Assembly (NCBI RefSeq): GCF_028641065.1
Contig: NC_073415.1
Location: 8,866,001 to 8,930,000 of the forward strand
Direction of reading: 5' to 3'
DNA: 64,000 nt
Source of the DNA: Leucoraja erinacea
Taxonomy: Eukaryota
Shown here: one piece after another, positions 59,692 through 64,000 of the stretch
Layout of the letters: every line of letters starts with the position of its first letter
How positions within the stretch are numbered: position 1 is the stretch's first letter
Position numbers and translations under genes: made by a program
Notes under the pieces: generated by a model
What the model was told of the DNA's origin: nothing
Seen by the model: the letters and a program-made list of their open reading frames with translations, nothing else
Database searches by the model: none

Positions 59692-62600
59692 GTAAGCCAA
59701 GCAAATTTGGAATTTTAAATGAATTATCTAAAATCGCCCATTAATATGCTTAATCGTAAAATTTTGATAATAATTGCAATCTGACTTTTGAAGGTTTGAT
59801 TTTGCAGCAGACTTGCTGACTTTGAAGTCATCGTTACTTAATTCCGTTATTGTTTGGAAGGGCAAATTGAGTGTGCGTTGTTTAAAACTGTTGTGAGAAA
59901 TTAGATTTGTGTATGTATGTGAATTGCTCATTTTTTATTTGCAATCTTACTCTTTCATCAATTTTTATAATGACTATAGAATTCAAATTCCAAGCACTTC
60001 ACTGTTTTTGGAATGGAAGGGACATTTTTCATGCTTACAAAACAATGTACAGTTTCTGAAATATATGTGGTTTGTCCAAGAAGTTTAATATTATAATAAT
60101 ATTTTGGTATTTTCAGAGATTCAGCAATCACAGGAGCATGTGGCACAGGAAGTTATAAATGTGGGAGAAGAAAGAGAGATAAGTTTTCTGGAATTACAGA
60201 AGATTAAAGAAAAGTGGAAAGAGACTCAACAACAGAATTCTAAGAATGAAATGGAACTTGAATATCCTTTATTACTATGTTGTGCTTAAGATAGAAAGAC
60301 TTCAGTCATTTCCTTAGCTGAAACAGTAATGCTCTGGCATGCAAATTCCTGTGTTTTTCCAGCTCTTAATTGCAGATTGACTTCCGGTCCAGTTTCAATC
60401 GTAAAACAACAAATCTGAAACATTCAGTAAATTGAACACCATTTTTGGAGAGGGAAATTATTATTTCTAGTTTTGGTTCAAAACGAATGTATAACGGTAG
60501 ATGTTGGCTGAGCACTGGCCCCATCCTCTGCTTTTGGTTTGCATTTCCTGCATTTAGTGGAATTTGCTTTGTTTAGAGTTTCTTGGTGTGACCTTTGAAG
60601 AATAGCCAAGTTATCCTGCTGAATGAGGGTGCTAGATGTGGATGCATTCAGATGCATTAACAAGGATAACAATAATAATGGAGAACTTTAATCCACCCCA
60701 ACTTTAAACCAAATGAGCAATAACAGTGTGGAGGATGAATTCATGAAGCATAACATGGACATTTTGTAGTTGAGTATGTTGAACCAACTCAAGAATTTTG
60801 GATCAAAAAATGTGACTAAAGGTTGATTGAAGTGATGGATAAGATTCTTGTGGTTTGTGTTTATGTTCATTATTGGAATTTGGGCATCAGTGGCAAGGCC
60901 TGTATTTATTGCCACCCATAATGTGAAGATTTATGCAAAAATTGATAGTGATTTAGTCCAATCTGATACTCGAGCCTCAAATCCGAATAAAACTAAATTA
61001 CAAAAGCATGGTGTGATTTGGCTATACCTATAATAGATGGGGAAGCCACATTAAAATGAAAACAAACAATGGCTAACAATTTAGAATTAATACATAATTT
61101 TTGATTAACACATTTTTAAGCAAAGAATACCAACATTATTAATGGATCAAAGGAAAAGGTTTATGTTGCAAAATGAGCCATTTTACAATTACAATAACCA
61201 ACAAATCAATTAATTTCCTTAATATATAAAGATCACATTGTTACAGAAAGAACTGGAGGAGCTTGAGAAGTCTGAAAAAGAAATGTCTAAATTGGAAGAA
61301 GAGGTAGATGAAAATACTACAGTCGTTATTCCATCAACTAAGTAAGTTAAAATACTTTAAATTACAGTAAAGCCACTTCTACCTTCACTGTCTTTAGTAT
61401 TATATTTGGATATGGATTGACTAATGGATTAAGTGATGTGTGGAGGGAGATCAACCAGCTTCTTTGCACAGCGAGGATAAATTATTCAGTCTTCATGACA
61501 GCCTGAGTGCAGTTTGAAGGATTGGGAACTGTCATAATGGTAAGTTGTGGTTATAGATTGCAGTAGAATTGTGCAATACTTAAAATGAGCACCTGATCTC
61601 CAGATGCACTAGCAACCTGCTTACAAAGCATTGAGCATTCTGAAATAATCAAGCAAGATAGTTAAGATTACTTTAAAAATTCCAAACAAATAAGAAATTT
61701 CAAAGTAAACTTGTTCTCTGATCAGCACACTGATGAAATGCCTTGCCAGATTTTTGACTGTAAGATATGGTATAGCACACAGTATGTAAGAGATATGTTG
61801 CTGTCTCAACTTGAAGTCTTGCTGCTGTTGGCAACATGTGTTTTTTTTTTGTAGAGTACTTATATTTAAATATGGTTTGCATAGGTACTTGGCCCACATC
61901 TTCCACAAGGTTACTAAGATCATTTGGGACTATGACTGCGACCCATCACTTGTAAGAGGCGGTATCCTTTCATATGCGACTACAAAGATGAATTCTGCTG
62001 ATGAATTGAAGGTTATGCTTGGGGCCGTAATCTTCAAAATAAAATTGAGCAGAGATGGCACAGATTTTCAAAAATTTCCAGAGAAAAAGGTTTGGTGTTT
62101 CAAGGGGAACAAATGAATTGGAGTACAAGATGGTATTATGGTTCTTGGTATCAAACAATTCAATTAATCCTTCCACCTGCTTTGTCTTTTTTTAATCCCA
62201 TTAGAACACGTCCATTAATTGCAGATTTAACATGTTTAAAGCAATAGACGGGAGATTGGTTCATCCTTAATTATGCTTAATTTCCAGTATTTCTTTAAGT
62301 TATAAGGTGATAAGTAATAGGAGTAGAATCAGGCTATACAGCCCATCAAGTCTATTCCGCCATTCAATCATGGCTTGTCTATTTTTCCCTCTTAACCCCA
62401 TTCTCCTGCCTTCTCCCAATAACTGCTGATACCCGTATATCCATTTGTCCCACACACCACCTCACCCCATCTTTCCTATTCATTATATTTGAAATCCCAA
62501 AAATGCCTTTCATGTACTACTCAAAATGCGATCCCAAAGATTTATTTATGATCAGCCACTCAATTTTTAATTATAGTTTCTAATAACTTGCCTGCCATAA

Positions 62601-63444
62601 AATAGATCAGTCGGTTTACATTTTTTCCTTCACTTCCATAGATATGGGTATTTAATTTGAATTCATTATAAAAGGCAGTGTGAAAAAATAAATGGTGGAG
62701 ACCTGGACAGATTGGGCAGACTGGCTACTTTCCAAGCTGCAAACTATTTTGGTACTAATTGGGTTGATCAGTTGAAATACAATTGGATCATTTTGAAAGA
62801 CCACATGCTCTATTGACCTGGATGAACATGTTGAAATTCATGAACTACCCTGTCAGAGAACGGAAACATCCTTGCAATAATGGTTGTAATCTAAGGTAAA
62901 TTGATGGAAAATTAACATATCATAAAGGTTGGAAGAGATGAGAAGAAATAAATTTCAGGCAAGCCACAATTATCAGAGAAACAGTTTATGACAATTAATA
63001 ACAGCTAATATTTAAAGTAATTTTATTAATGCATAGCACAGAAAACTGATTAACGATTATTATTTTTTTAATTGCTTAAAAGTTGTGTTTTAATAAGGTC
63101 TGTTTTGGGCTTTTAAATTTCATTTCTCTTCTGACATTCTGTTTAAATTTGAGAATATTATTAAGTATTATGTTTCATACTGCCATTTTCTTACGTTGCG
63201 TGCACAAGTATAACAACTGATCAATGCGCCTTTTATAAAAAATTATTTTATTTTTGGTCAATTATTCAAGTGTTAGAAAGTAGGGTGTCTTTTCGAATTG
63301 ATGAGAATGCAGTGATTTCCTTAACTATACTTTCCAGTTCACTTTGGAGTGGGTTTGGCACAACCCATTAACATTGATTCTACCAAGCACTCTGACAGTT
63401 TCATCTGCGATTACCTGTGGAGTCTGGTGAGCACGGATTGGTAA
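59529..63444 (+). CDS. SPC24: Kinetochore protein SPC24 (NDC80 complex), join(59529..59691,60117..60261,61237..61341,61885..61961,63338..63444), 198 aa
   Basis: Coiled-coil N-terminus, then [74 protein letters not shown], matching the recalled SPC24 C-terminal domain. The frame closes when the two U12 introns are used. Confidence 0.95.
60117..60261 (+). CDS. SPC24: SPC24 coding exon 2
   Basis: Acceptor ttttcag; ends at the U12 donor ATATCCTTT. Confidence 0.9.
61237..61341 (+). CDS. SPC24: SPC24 coding exon 3
   Basis: Follows an AC acceptor; encodes [13 protein letters not shown]...TTVVIPST; donor gtaagt. Confidence 0.9.
61885..61961 (+). CDS. SPC24: SPC24 coding exon 4
   Basis: Encodes [25 protein letters not shown]; ends at the U12 donor GTATCCTTT. 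Confidence 0.93.
63338..63444 (+). CDS. SPC24: SPC24 last coding exon
   Basis: U12 branch site TTTCCTTAAC at 63316-63325; ends [11 protein letters not shown] then TAA; AATAAA at 63710-63715. Confidence 0.94.
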
Positions 63445-63771
63445 ATTATTTTCTGGGCCTGGAACTATAAGTGAATTACATATTTTGGGTATCCACGTTT
63501 TGAATGAAATCTTTCCAGTCATATGGCTTCGATCTTGGAAAATATAGCTTTCATGAGTGAAAAGTTGACTCAACAGATTCTTTGGATGTGGTATTTTTGT
63601 AAGGTCATATTTAAAAGATGACTTTTGTACAACAAAGTAAGTTGGACAATGTGTTTTTCCTAATGGAGTGGTGGTGATTGGAAAATCTTCTCAACTACAA
63701 CCATGAAGGAATAAATCTGTTTACTACCACTCTGTCAAAATACTAGAATGTTGTAAAATGCTATTAATCAC

Positions 63772-63802
<31 letters not shown>

Positions 63803-64000
63803 TTAAATGTAAACTTTTACAGAAATGATTGATCTATTTGCTTTGGCACATGTAAATTAAAAAAAAAAATTGCTGCCATGGGCATGAGAACCGTAGAGTT
63901 GTTATTAGATGAAAATTGCCCATATTTGCTACGTAACGTGATCTGTATTGGAACACACAGTGCTGGAGTAACTCAGTAGGTCAGACAGCATCTCTGGAGG

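Noticed and set aside
415-64000. Recurrent conserved 30-90 bp repeat as a CRISPR array
   Set aside because: Dispersed in both orientations with irregular spacing in a vertebrate genome, no cas genes; explained as Penelope pLTR derivatives

Overview
Vertebrate genomic DNA, not prokaryotic. The repeat content (HE1-type V-SINEs, CR1, Rex1/Babar, Penelope) points to a cartilaginous fish, probably a skate or ray. Four spliced genes were reconstructed by hand with consistent exon phases: TMEM205 (+, 188 aa), CRB3 (+, 105 aa, ends ERLI), DENND1C (-, 23 coding exons, about 970 aa) and SPC24 (+, 198 aa, with two U12-type introns, one AT-AC and one GT-AG). A probable divergent first exon shares the TMEM205 promoter. 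Introns are dense in transposons. The most unusual signal is an abundant Penelope-derived short element that carries a minimal hammerhead-ribozyme-like core. It often occurs as a head-to-head foldback flanked by 11-15 bp direct repeats, and one such copy sits in the polypyrimidine tract of the last DENND1C acceptor. Also present are Harbinger- and hAT-type MITEs, a young nested Rex1 RT fragment, an AT-rich foldback and a 192-N assembly gap. Gene and repeat-family names rest on recalled sequences; no database search was run. Most ORFs in the supplied track are spurious or repeat-derived.
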